In this document: one piece after another, positions 11,189 to 24,753 of the stretch
Numbering within the stretch: the first letter of the stretch is position 1
How the letters are laid out: the number at the start of each line of letters is the position of its first letter
Source of the DNA: Schmidtea polychroa
Lineage: Eukaryota
NCBI GenBank assembly: GCA_044892525.1
Contig: CM097885.1
Location: 82,894,001 to 82,958,000 of the forward strand
DNA: 64,000 bases
Direction: 5' to 3'
Position numbers and translations under genes: made by a program
Notes under the pieces: generated by a model
What the model was told of the DNA's origin: nothing
Database searches by the model: none
The model's input: the letters and a program-made list of their open reading frames with translations, nothing else

Positions 11189-11897
11189 TTTACCGGCAGT
11201 TGTTAAGTGGTCGTGTTCTTAAAGGGTTGTTATTGTTGTGCTATTCTTCCCGGAGGGTTGTAATAAGCATTTAAAACATTTTTAAGTGTGTTGAAAATTG
11301 GTTTCGTTGAATTCATTGTAATTTATTGTGATAATTAATAAAGTTTTACGTCGTTGGGATTTGTCATTGTCGTTATTAAATAACACGCTCTGAGTCAGAC
11401 AAGTAATAGATAGTTTGCAATCACCAACCCAAAAGTATTATATTATAAATAAAATAAGCCATAAATAATTATTGCCGCTCCTCTATGTTTAACAAGTATT
11501 ATATTGTAAATAAAATCAAACATTAGTTATTATGAAGATAAAAGTAAAATAATAATTATATTATGCTAAAAAAACAAGTTATGTTTACTGCAGATTTATT
11601 TAAAATCCGTACAGTACTATAAGCAAGTAAAATGTAAACCACTGTGAGTGAAATGTGAAAATAATCTCATTATAAAAAGACGACTAAGAATCAAATAACT
11701 ACTATTGAGATTTTTTTTATGAGTATAGTGTAGCGTTCGAAATTTAAAATGTAGTACTAAGTTAATAGGAACGTCAATTATAACGGATGTTATACGATTA
11801 CAATGAAGTGCTTTAAAATGGGTCAACGTAGAATAAGTTCAAGCAATGGGTGTCATGAAAAAATATCAATGCGTACGCACAATAACTACCACTAAGC

Positions 11898-14561
11898 CAG
11901 TGGTGGACAACCCAAATCAATCGAAGGGCCACAATAAATTCATTCAGTATTTTAAGTAAATTTATTCATAATTTTAAGCAAATAGTACAAAGTAAACAGT
12001 ATATAGTATTTAAAAATTTTAATGCGATTGCTGCTTCTCAATTTCCTCAGAGAGTTTGGACAAGTTAATCTCACATTTTGTTGAAGAAATTCTCAACTGA
12101 TCACTAAAATGTTTGTCGGTCAATTTTGTGCGATCTTTGCTCTTGATGCGTTTCATTTTTGAGAATAATGCTTCGCAACGATATGTAGTAGGGAAAACAC
12201 TAATTATCCTCAAGGCAAGAGTATTGAGATTCGGGAAACTTTCAGTTGTAACAAACTTTTTGTAAAACTCAATTTTAGGCATTTCGTTGAACCAATGTTT
12301 CAAGTCTTCACGAGCTTGGAGATCAACCAATTCCGTTTCATACTCAAATGGGGCTTCGTCAGCCTTAACATGAAATGGTGTTAAAAATAAAGCTAATTCT
12401 GTATTAAATTTATCGCATATAGCGAATCTACGTTAGAATTCAAATTTCAGTTCCCGAAGAATATCTGCAAAACGACGAAAATTTTTTGTTTCATTTACAA
12501 CCTCAAAGCTATTTAGTAATGGAAAATACAATGCCATGTTATTGACCAACTTCTTGGTCCATAAATCTAACTTTGCAACGAATGATTGAGTTTTTTGAAA
12601 GCAATCTGTTATGAGCTTTCCTTCTCCTTGCATTTCGACATTAAGGCTGTTGAGTTTTTCAGTGATTTCTACTACGAAACAGATCTAGCAGCCACTGTTC
12701 ATTGTAGAGCTGTTTTACATCATCAGCATTTTCAAGCTTGAATAATCTAATCTCTTCACGGATTTCGTAAAATCGCCTGAGTGTCTTTCCTTGATTTAAC
12801 CAACGAACTTTCGAAAAATAAATCAAATCTCCATATTGGGCCTGAATTTCATTCAAATATTCTTGAAATTGTCTATGTTTCAGTGTGTTATTTTTAATTT
12901 TGTTAACAGTTTCAACTACGACAGTCATCACAGTTTCAATAACAACGATCGGTGCGCACAAATTTTCTAAATGAAGGAAGCAATGAATCGTGAATAGCTT
13001 AGAGACATCAATATCGTTCTTTCTCAAATGCTGAAGTAGTAAAACTACAGCACCAAAGTTTTTTCCGACCATAGCCGGGGCACCGTCAGTTGTCACGCCA
13101 GACAATTTGCAATATGGACATTTACGGTTGGCAAGTGAGGAAACAACAACTTCTACGATATCGACTCTTTTGGTCGTGACTTTTAAGGAATGAAGATCCA
13201 ACAATTCTTCGTAAATATTGAAATATTTATCAATGCCTCTGATAAAGATTCCTAGTTGTGCTGTGTCACTCCAGTCAGTGCTTTCATCGAAAGATATGGA
13301 ATAAAACGAAAAGTTTTGAATCAAATTATTGAGAGTAGTGCTTAATTTATCGGAAATCAATTCTACTCTTCGTGTCACTGTTTGTCTGGATAAACTCAAC
13401 TGTTTAATCAGTTTGACTTTATCAGGAAATAATTCTTCGGCGACAGAAATCATACAATCCTTGACAAATTCACCATCAGAAAATGGTCTCATATTTCTTC
13501 CAATAATATGCGAGACCTTAAAGCTGGCTCTGACAATGCTGTTTGCCTCATCAACTGGTTTTTTGAAGATCATTTGCTGTGCTTGTAAATTTTTTTTCAG
13601 AGCTACTAACTTTTCTTTGCGTTTCTCACCAATAATTTTAGCAAATGAATCATGTCGTGAAGTATAGTGGCGGTTTAAATTTTAAATGCTGTTATAAAAT
13701 TTAAAAATCTTTCAAGACACTCACAGTTTCGCGACAAATCAAACACAAAGCCGAGTCTCTATTTTCGATGAAAAGATACTTTTCTTCCCATTTCTCTTGA
13801 AATTTTCGGTTTGGGGACACATATTTTCTTTTATTGGATCCTTCTTCAGATGTCATCTAAAATAATATTTTATAATTTAATATAATATTTAAAACTAGCA
13901 AAATGTTTTAAAAGTCCTCAAAAGTTTTGTGTTTAAAAATGACCTTTGCGAAGGAGGGAATATAAATAAACTTTAAACTAAAAACCAAACTCTTAAAGCA
14001 ACAAATATGGCTTTTTTTATTTTTTTATTTTTTGAAAAAAACATCAGTAATCAGCTATAAATATATTTAAATTATGAATATGACATTCTCATTGTTTTTA
14101 AAGTAAGTAAAATTGCATATAATTTTATTGATTGAAAAATTGCGCGATTAATGTATAGGAGAGATTTAACAACAAAAGTTAGTTTCATATTGTTGTTTCA
14201 TCTCACCTATTGTAGTGTGTAATTGCAGATTACATAAAGAAATCACTATTAATTTATTTGAAAAATTACTTTTTTTAACGGATTTTATAACACCGTCGAT
14301 CCCGTATATCCCGTCATTCGTGCATGAAAAATTCGATATTGAGCATGACTTGATATTATCTGATGTAAAATATTTTTAATTGGCCATTTAAATAAATATA
14401 ACTCGTTTTTACGATTCAAGTAAACTTAGAATCAATTTTTTAAATTAAAAACATGCTTAATTCGAATATGAATTCTAAAAAAGACAATTATTGATTTGAT
14501 GTTTAAAATTGTGTCCGGGCCACATCAAAACGCTTCGCGGGCCACCGTTTGGCCATGGCTG
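11898..14561 (-). mobile_element. hAT DNA transposon (Charlie/SPIN-like), full length
   Basis: 8-bp TSD CACTAAGC (11890-11897, 14562-14569); imperfect 15-bp TIRs CAGTGGTGGACAACC / CAGCCATGGCCAAAC; transposase inside. Confidence 0.93.
12019..13856 (-). pseudogene. hAT transposase (GTF2IRD2/ZBED-like), frameshifted
   Basis: Fragments with BED-like CLICRETV, SISFDESTD, TTDGAPAMVG, IHCFLHLE, VRWL and C-terminal hATC dimerisation STYxCE-like PTTYRCEALFSKMK; broken into at least 4 ORF pieces. Confidence 0.92.
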
Positions 14562-15439
14562 CACTAAGCAGTCAAATAATATAGCAAATTATTTCGACAA
14601 AATTTGATTAATATAAACTTAAGTGGATGATCAATTTTAAATATGAGGATACCGGGAGATAACGTTGAGTATCGAGATCATTTTGGGCAGGCAAATTTCA
14701 TTTTCACTACATATTACAATGCGCTGTTATAGATGATACTCGAAATTAGATGCTATCGACACGATGCGCTTACTGATAGACTACTGATGACGATAATTTT
14801 TGGTCACTAATTCTAGTAGGCTCTCCGTGTCTCTCAACCATTTTTGGTATCAATTTTTGACTAATTTCGTCATTGAAAATTGAATGTGCCCTATTTTCTG
14901 AATTGTGCCTATATTCTAGTCACAACTGAGGACCATTTTAGCCATTATGGAGATTCCTACTTAGTACACAATGCTGCCTAGTTTAATTCATTTTTTATCA
15001 ATCATATCAGGCTCTTTAATTTAATACTAATGTCTTTATCAGATATGACTGTATCGCATTTCTCTCTAAAGGGGATTCTGATACAACCTTCAGGTGTCTT
15101 CACTACACTTCACACGAAGAAGTACGAAATATCCCGGTGTCTCTTCCACTTGACGCCATGAAGTATCTTCATGTGACATCTATTTATAATATATAAAACG
15201 AAATTTGAGGAACCTGCATATATAAGAAAATATAAAAAATTATGATTAAATTTTAGAAAGAATGAAATTTCTAATTTTCAAAGATTTAATTTAAATTGAA
15301 CCCTAATTACGTAAATGACAAAAATCATAAAAAACTTATCAAAATTCCATGGAATAGTATTATGAAATTTGAAACTAGACTTTTAAAAAATGTGAAAAAA
15401 TGTTTCTAAGATTTTTAAAATGAAATAAAAGTGTTCTGC

Positions 15440-15901
15440 CCAAACTTCGGCTTATATACTATTTTGTAAATTTGCTCAACCAATCAGGGTTGCCCACGCC
15501 TACATCTTGGGTCAATTTAATTTCCAAATGTTTGATTTAAATTCCAATTAATTTGATTGGTCTTTTTGTTTTAATCATTTGTTTTTTTCTATTTTTTTCT
15601 GTTATCCGAATTAATTGAACGATAGCCTTTTATATCAATCTTACCCCTTGGGTAAGATGATATTTTGTGCTAATTTGTGTCTTATTTCGTTGATTTCCTT
15701 TGTGTTTTTAGTTCGTTAAAATATGTTACGTGTGTAACAGCTTGCGTTTCTAATATTATTACTTTTGTTTTATTTATTCTTTTAGTTTTAATTGGTGTTT
15801 AATTAATCGCTTAATGCTTTTTCTAAGTTATTTAGCTTTGTCTCGGCGGATCACTTACGGTTTAGAAATAATTATTTTATTTATTTTAGTGGGGGTTTAC
15901 A
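15440..15901 (-). mobile_element. Possible LTR (U3-like) fragment
   Basis: Minus strand begins TGTAAACCCCC at 15901, with an A-rich body, CCAAT-like site and TATATAAG near 15465, like the other LTR U3 regions; the other end was not found. Confidence 0.3.
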
Positions 15902-16314
15902 TTGCGCCGAAAACACATATTACAAAACCCCTTATAAATTACATAATTTATAAAATTCATTAAAAGTTCGTAAAACTAAGTTTAATCGAATTAGAAAAAT
16001 AAATATTTTTACAAATATTTGTAAATACAATGTGTTTTTTAATTGTTGTAAATAATTGACTCGCTTAACTCGTTCAAATGCAAAAATTTTATTTTGGTTA
16101 TAAGTTTAAAATAATGTGAGGTCACTAATATCACTGTGCATTTCTATTTAACCTAGAATATAACTGATTACATGAAGATTCATTAATACAGGTAAACATC
16201 GGGGTTACGTTCGAGAGACCGGCGTAAAATGAACACAAATATAATGGACGATATAAGGGTAGGTTCCGTGTCAAAATTCTAAGAACAGTCTAACATGTTT
16301 ATTTAATAAATATC

Positions 16315-16316
<2 letters not shown>

Positions 16317-16398
<82 letters not shown>
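16317..16398. repeat. (TA)n microsatellite flanking hATm element
   Basis: Direct reading; a matching TA run lies at 19567-19586. Confidence 0.97.
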
Positions 16399-16401
<3 letters not shown>

Positions 16402-19400
16402 GGTGGGTCGAATGTTAATAAATTTTGAGTTCAAGAAAGGAAACATGGTTAAAAAGTTGTATTTTGGTATAGAAAAATCGAATCAAACCATTTTACTTAG
16501 ATTTATGGACATTTACTGCTCCCAACTTTTCTCCGAAAATGCAGTTCAACATAAGTGTGAAAACAATGTAATTTGGCTAGTGCCGGAATGTGTTTTGCGC
16601 CTTTGTCCATATTTAGATGTAGCTTTCTTAAGAGCTTATAAGTATATTATTTACTCTCTTGGGCTGAGATAGTATATTCTGTGTCCTCATCCCGCATTGA
16701 AATATATCCTGACAACGTCAGTGATTAGGAAGGGCCAAATTTGAATTATCCTTTTCAAAGACAAAAATCAACTTTCGAAATTATTTTTTATTAAAAACAT
16801 CCAGCCAAAAGTTTAGAAATGTATTAGCAAGGGCATAAAAAGAAGTCACATGAAATCAGCTTTGCTTTGCACCTTGGGCAATTCCTTCCTTGATTTTTTA
16901 CACAGTAGTACCATACCATGTCTGGACTTGTGACCAAACACTTTGCAACTGGCAGAAGAAACATCTTTGATGGCTCTTTCAACGGCTTGAGAATGACAGG
17001 GAAATTGTTCTAATGTAATTTTCTTATTCATCTTCAATTCATGATCCAATATATGAGATAAAAGAGGGGGAGGCGTCAAATTACATTTTGTCCAGTCAAT
17101 CATGTCAACATATGATGTAGCAGACGACTGAAGACAGTATTCTTGTCCATAGTGCGAATCACTTCGGAAGGGAGAAAATTTTGTCTTGCAGTTATGATTT
17201 TTTCTGTTGCAAACTTTCTGATTTCTTCATCATCATCACCAACAGCAGCTAGGAGTATATTTTCTGGATGTGAGAAGTAATTGTTGTTCTGAATGACAGG
17301 AAAGATGATTTCTTGGTCTGATGGATCCAAATCCTGCAGAAGTTGGAGCATATAAAAAATATTTCTTGCACCATCTTGGCATGACGAGTGAGACTTTATA
17401 TAAAACCATGACGGTCCATAGAAATTGACAATAAATTTCACTATTCGCATGAGAGGTTCAGATGGAGCAGTTTCGGATATATATAGTCGCAGAATTCTAT
17501 TAGCTTTCGTTAGCCAGCGACTGTGATTCAAATTTCCTGGTTGAACCATTTGTAGAAAAGGGACATCCTTGTTGTTGTGGTACCCATTCTGGACTGCCAA
17601 GCATACTCTGAGGAAATACAATTGATCAGTGTTCAATTCTTTCTTGACATTTTCACTAATATCTACGACCTTTCCAGGAAGGGACATAAAGGCTACTACG
17701 GGCTTGTCTTTTGGATCAAAATCAAGAACGCTTCCTATTTCACCACATGACGTTTTTGGACCTTTTGTTTCTCCACCATCGACGACTGAGAAATACTTCC
17801 TGAATGGCAATTCATTTGCATGCAACAAGCATATCAGCCATTGTAGAGGTCGCCCTAGGCTTTTTTCGAGTCTTCTGATTATTCCATTATTTTTTCCGGT
17901 GTTTGTATTGGTTCCATCGCACACAATTGCTTGAAGGGTCAGTGAGGACTGCGTGCTAACGATGATTGACATGATTTCTTTGCCAATATCCACAGCTTTA
18001 CTACTTTGAGGTACAACATGATCGATATATGTATCCCCTGGAAAGGCGACAATCACATAATGCTCCTCTTTTAGGATCCTTCTATGAAGTAAGGTGGAAT
18101 CTTGTTTCCCGTCGAAACCGAGGCAAATCAAGTTTTTCGCTTCTGCTGAATGCTGTTCAATTTCTCTCTCCCTCCAGTACTTTCTCTGACGCCGTAATTT
18201 TGCGGGATCGATGATTGTTTGAGAGGATAACAGTTCCATATCTTTCAGAAAAGCGTTTACTAGCAAACACGTCTCTCTGTTGCTCACACCACATCTGTCA
18301 ACAGCTTTACTTAATTCAGGATAATGTCTTCTATTTTGAAATTCATCACATTCTTCTACGCTTGACTCTGAGCTTTCTGTTGAATTGTCTAACTTATCTT
18401 TACTTTCATCACTAGCGGCTTCACTCTCCGTGTCACTTCTTGAGGTCGGATGTAGATCGTTAACTTCAGTGTCCATTATTTCATTTTTCATTTGTTTTCC
18501 TTTTTCTGTAGGGCTGCTTTTCGTTTGTTTTCTCTTCAATTTTGAGGTTTCCTGTCTGTCCGTATTTCTGATTTTCATGTTTCTGGTAGTTTGTTGGTCA
18601 ATCCAGAACTCCCACTCTAAGGTAGGAATTTTCAAGGTCAATCGGCATGTACACTGACTTCTTCCACGAGCACCATCATTAAAACATTTGCAGCAACATA
18701 TGTCAAACAATTTGGAAAACGAGCTTAACTTATCTTGAAATTTGGCAGATGACCTCTTGCATTCTGGATACTTCTCTAATTCACGCACTTTTGATATTAG
18801 TCGCTTGACACGAACCACAATACTACTGAACTCAACAGTTGGGATACTTGCCTTCATATAAATTTCCTTCACCTTATTTTCGAGAAGAGTTGCTTGTTCG
18901 TTAAAGCCAGTATGAAATTGCGTACATTTCTCATTGTAACAGTAATCACGAAACACATCTTCACAAGTAGGTAATTGGTTTCTGGGTAGTTCACAAGTTT
19001 GACCAAACAGACAATGACGTGATTTACTTCTTGTTTTGCGAAATTGCTTATTTCTCTGTCCCTTCATAACTGCTCTTCTGTACTCAGCTCTGGCAAAATA
19101 AAAGTGAATCATCAAGTTAACTTTTTTAATTAGGTCCAGCAAACACTTGACATCCAATCGAAACAAATTAAATTATTTGAGTTTAGACTGACTAGTAGTA
19201 TCCATGTGGATTATGTGTTGACTGTAGTGTGTGTGTTAGTATTGTTCAGAAGAAATTGTCTTTGTGAGTGCTTGTGTGAAGGTGCTTCCGTGAATTAACC
19301 TCTCTATACATGCACGCGTTAGCTTGGACTTGTGAATAGAGCATGTCAAAAATGGTCTTTCTGCAAGCGTGTGACTGCTTGCAGGATGAATTTACAATGG

Positions 19401-19566
19401 CACGTGTGTGAGCATTTTTACTGGGATAGTACTAATACATACCAACAAAAGTTGGGACCTGTAAACCCTTTTAAACAGCAGTCTTTTGCAGGGATATTTC
19501 ATTTTCTAGCATAAGCACAACTTTTTAGGCATGTTTGGAGAAAAAAAAAATTTTCGACCCACCCTA
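16399..19566 (-). mobile_element. hATm-like DNA transposon inserted in a TA microsatellite
   Basis: Perfect 14-bp TIRs TAGGGTGGGTCGAA...TTCGACCCACCCTA with further subterminal similarity (AAACATG..TAAAAAGTTGT..TAGAAAA); TA runs on both sides. Confidence 0.88.
16846..19166 (-). pseudogene. hAT-superfamily (hATm-like) transposase with one frameshift near 17105
   Basis: GFDGKQD, VCDGTNTNTG, WLICLLHANELPFR (CxxH), SRWLT and PCHSQAVERAIK motifs; 688-aa and 85-aa pieces overlap. Confidence 0.85.
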
Positions 19567-22500
19567 ATATATATATATATATATATACAAAATTAATTAA
19601 ATTAATTATCAATGTATTTAATAAATACAGTTTAAATTTGTTTACAAAATAAATAATCTCTTGATATAAATGATGAATTTCACACACGCAATAGGCTGCT
19701 CGCGTATACGGTAATAGACTAAAACAACGTGTAAAACTGTGTCTGCTATTAGAATCGTGGTGCCTACTGTCGTCTGGTGTCGGCCGAACCGAACGAACCG
19801 GGGATTCACACGCCGGCACCAACCGGTGTAATTTTGAATCGGCGTAAATCGAACCGACAAAAAATGACGATTTTCTTGTATTTGGAAATATTAATAAGCT
19901 CTAGCAGCCAACTTTTGTATGTTTTATAGTTAAACAATAATGTAAATTTATTATCCTCTTATGTTTATTAAAGATATATGAAGAAAATAAAGTTTGCTAA
20001 ATTCTATTTCTTTGGAAGGATGGGTAACATTTTTGGCTATTCTTTTATGTTTCCCATTAACTTTCACTATCAGTATATAATCCGACACCATTATTTATAA
20101 AAACCAAAACATATTATATCTGAGTTTTTAAATTCATTATAATATTTAAAACAATATAATGAAATAAATATGACAAGGAACGCTATTTATAAATATATTT
20201 CGACAGACTAACTGTTATATTTAGGTTAATGTGCGTTTAAATAATAAAAATGCGCAACATATATAATTACCGTTGAACATATATTAGTATAATTTTTATA
20301 AAATAACTACAATTGGCTGATAATTGTTGGTCGAATAAATGCACTAATCTTATATGTTTCGTTAAAAATTTTAGTAATCGTTATTTATAATATAATAACA
20401 TACAAATATTGTTGTACGTACGTCCCTTACGCCAGTAACTTTTTTTGACATTTGTAGTCAAGTATAGTAATAATATTACAGACACATCGATATCACTAAG
20501 TTGCAAATCAATATTCTCCGGATACTTATTATAAATAGTGTCAGTAAATCACGTGATTTTTCATGGGTTAAAGCTAGTTATATTAAAAATAGCGGTTAAA
20601 TAATTGAAAGAGTTTATAAAATCAATCAAAATAAAAAAAATAAAAACAATTTTTTAAATATTTGAGGATTTAAAGAATTATCCTCATAAACAACTCTTTC
20701 ACTGTAGTTTTATAGACCATTTAAAATTTAGGTACATTTATTTTCATTTTACAAACTTTATTATGCTCAAAAATATTAATCATTCCACTTGGTTCACAAT
20801 GTTCTTGAAATTAAATTTCAAATATAACTTCAGTCTCTTTAATGTATATGTGCATTAAAATTTATAAACAAACCAACAGTATATATGATTTTCTACCAAA
20901 AATACTATTCATTTCATACGAATTAGATACAATCTTAAATTTTACTTTTTCCTTGCTTTCATTGTGTTATATTTTAAAGATTTATAACTCTTGGAATAAG
21001 GCAATGCCATTATCTATTTAATTTCAGCAATATTGCCAGAATTGTGTATTTCAAAATCATGTTTTTAGAATCTAGAAATGCAGCAGTGCAATCAATTTCA
21101 TGCATACTGACATCTTGGGTTTCGTCTTACAATTTATTTGCAATATTTTAATGAAATTATCAATAATCTCCATTAACATTTTATCAAAAAATATCTATAA
21201 TTATTATTATGTTTCAATTCCGTCAACCTGTTAGAATTTTATAGAACATGTAAAAAAAAGGTAAGACTAAGATAAAAAAATCAATTCTTTCACCGTGTTA
21301 CGCTTGTATGTAAACTCAAAAAACGCACCAGTGAAGTATATAAACATGTACTTGTTGACTTTTTACATATTTCTGTTTCATACTGTTTGTTTTTTTTTAT
21401 TAGCAAATCAAAATAAGCAATCAAAGAACACATGGGAATTTAATGCAATATACGAAAAATTCAAAGAAAAACGAAACAAATATCACAAACATTTAATTTA
21501 TACACAGTTGGTTTGTAAATTGATAATGTTTGTCGTTTGGGAGCTACCCGCACAGCAAGCTAATAATTGGGAAAGTAATATTATATTAAGTCCAACTTTG
21601 TTAAAAATTTTGTATTCAAAAACTTCGATCATAAAATTTCCATTGATATTTAAGATTATATTCACAGCTTCGATCACAAAATTTACATAGTGGTTGAGAT
21701 TGTATTTACGTGTTGATTGATATTCTGCTTGACATTGTTGTTTGATATTCTGTTCGACGTTGTTGATCGATATTCTGTTCTACGTTGTTGATTGGTTGTT
21801 GCTAGTAAATTCGTTCATTATTGAAAAAGATCCATCTTCTCTGCATTATTTTGAAAAGATCAACCTTCTGGTTTGTCTGATTATTTAAACAAATAAACTG
21901 TTTTTTTATAAGTAAATTTTAATATATTATATAAATAAATATGTATGCAGTGTAGGCACTACAATTTCGAACTATTTTCAACGTTGACAGACTAAAAACA
22001 GACAGAATAAAAAAAATTTATATAGAAATTCATTTTCAAAAATAAAACTACACTAACCGTTCTTCAGTGACAGAAACTTGTGAAATGTATTAACAAATAA
22101 TTTAAATTTTTATAGTGTAGTAACGTGCATTGTTTCACTGAAATAATTATCACAAGTCTAACTTAGCGTTAAATAATTTTCTAGTAGAAATATACTTTTA
22201 ATTATATAAACATTACATGAAACAAAAAATATAAATCCCTTCTAATTGATTTGCTGTTAGAAATTATGAATTGAACAACTTAATTAAATTCGTGGTAAGT
22301 AAAAAACTGACTATATTAAAATTGTACGATTGTTATAAAAAATTGTTTGGTGTTGTCCTTTGTGAAGTATGCCGACTCAGGTGAGAATTTGGGTTTATAT
22401 AATCTTTTCTGTTATAATTTTGTTAGATCTCTGGTTAATTTTATTTGCATTTCTTAATTTTTCTCTTTTCTTTCGTTTAATTGGTTTTGCCCTCGCCTTC

Positions 22501-22744
22501 TATTTCAGCCTTTATTTTTTTCTGTTTGATTTCTCTTTCGGCGAATTCTTTATTTTTCTCGTATTATTATGTACACTGCAGATGTTTGCTATATTTATTT
22601 TATTAATTATGTGTGCTCAATCCTGAGTTGCATTTTGGATTGTTTTAATTGATGTTGTTAACTTGGTAAATTGATATTTTAATTGATTGTTTTTGTTTTT
22701 TATGGTCATGTAATTTGATAGAAGAATACATTTAGCGTAACGTA

Positions 22745-23485
22745 AGTAGATGGATTGGGCACCGCTTGCACAGTACCCCCCCCCCCCCCCCGCCGGGGAA
22801 ATTTTTTTCAAGGTCAAATTTTAAACAAAGACATATTCTCTCAAATATATTAACCTATTTTGTATAAGGATTTATCATCATTTATTATATAGTTCATTTG
22901 GATTCAATAACAAATGATGATAAATCCTTATAGATGTAACAATTAGTTTTCTATATAGAAAAAGACTAAAACTTTAATGTTATTATTTAACAGGTCGACT
23001 ATACCCAAATTATTGCCAATCGTCAATTGGCCATAGCGATGAATGCCATCGTACTATGAAGAAATATTATAGAAAAACGTTCAATTCCATCAACTTTTTT
23101 ATATGTCCCAAATGCGTAACTAGCGAAAAAATAAAATATAAGGCATTTTTTAACAAACATCGAAATCACTTAGGGCAATTTTCGATACCAAAAAATGATT
23201 TATTTAAAAAAATAAATAAAAAAATAAATAAAAAAAATTTACAAAAAAATATTATTAAAAAAGACGATATTAAAAAAGATATTAAAAAGATATAAAAAAT
23301 ATTAAAAAAAATATTATAAAAGATTCTATTAAAACAGATTATATTATCAAACATTCTATTAAAAATATTATTAAAAAAGGATCATTAATATTGACAAAGT
23401 TATTATCATTTTCCCGAGACCATTTTCAAGGTCATTTGACTATTTTATTATTTTTAAAAATATTATTTTTTTCAAGGTCATATTT
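22745..23485 (+). repeat. Terminal fragment of a TTCAAGGTCA-containing repeat family (possibly Polinton/Maverick TIR)
   Basis: AGTAG..GATTGGG..poly-C..AAATTTTTTTCAAGGTCA and TTTTCCCGAGACCATTTTCAAGGTCAT are shared with 60609-61450; superfamily assignment is a guess. Confidence 0.4.
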
Positions 23486-24349
23486 TAAAACCTTAATCTG
23501 AACAGTCAATAAAGTATCGTTCAAATCTAAATATTCGGTTTGCGAACCATTAATATAAAACTCGATATCATTTCTACTATCGGTAATTGAATTCATAGGA
23601 AAAACTTCCTCAAATGCCCCAAATTCTATTACAAATCATTTTGCAAATATAGTTCCATGTCCTTTCATTCGTTTGTTTATACGTGATATTCCATGTCTTT
23701 TACGTTTTGGAGCATGAGCTGGAGCTGGAGCTGGAGGTTTTTCTTTTTGAAACATACCTGCAACCCCGGGTAAAACTTTCCCTAATTCTGCTAAAGCATT
23801 TGATTTTAGAGATGGTAATATTTTCTGTTCATTCCTTCTGTAATATATAAATTATCTTTAAAAGTGTATGCATGCTCAGTTATTTCAAAGTATGATAGCT
23901 TAAATTTGAATTCCACTAAATTATTAGTTTTTGGATGTGTAGAGAGATTTATTTTGACTGTATCATTAAATACATTACGTAAATCAGTAAATCCAATACG
24001 TTTAGCATCAGCCATTGTAGAAAATAAAATTTCGAATGGCTTATTCAAGCAATTCATGTATAAATATTGACCATCATCATAAATTATAGGTTTACTTGAT
24101 TTCGATGACTATCTTTATCAATAAGAACACTAATATATTCCGTTACTGATACTTTCTCATTATATTCAATAACGGATTTGCTATAGATTGGGAATAAATT
24201 GTATACAAATTGTTGGGTGTACGTGGGGGAAATGGATAACTATTACTAATATGCACACAAACTCTCATCATTCCGCTCAGACGCTTCCCTCGTACACGCC
24301 CCATGATCATGCAAATATTCCCACGTATGAGCCCGTAGTGATGTTCTAC

Positions 24350-24458
24350 GTTGGTGCTGCCCACACGGGTCGGAAGAAGCTAGCAGGTGAGCCTCTATCT
24401 TAAGACTACTCCTAACCCCCTCTCAGTACAGGTTCTATGGTGCCTTAGAAGGACTTAC
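24350..24458. other. Conserved structured LTR motif, copy C
   Basis: CAGGTGAGCCTCTATCTTAAGACTACT...TAGAAGGACTTAC. Confidence 0.75.
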
Positions 24459-24753
24459 CCGTTCCTACATTTGCAATCGGCCCGACCCTGGTCCAAGAGG
24501 ACGGCCTTCATTCAAGGATGCTGTTCCAGTTTAACAATTCAATTATGCATTTCACTCATCATTCTCATCATTCAATCAACAAATAAAGAAAAATAAAATT
24601 TGTATTACATTCAAAAATTATCGAGACCGAAAAATCGTACACCAACATGCAATAAACTATTGATTACATAATACCGACGAATTGTTAGATACAGAGATAT
24701 TAGTTAAAGGTCTTTTCGAAATGAGAGATGGATCCCATCGTCGGGTCGGAATT

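Noticed and set aside
22369-23354. Hydrophobic or Lys-rich small ORFs
   Set aside because: Products of T-rich or A-rich low-complexity DNA.
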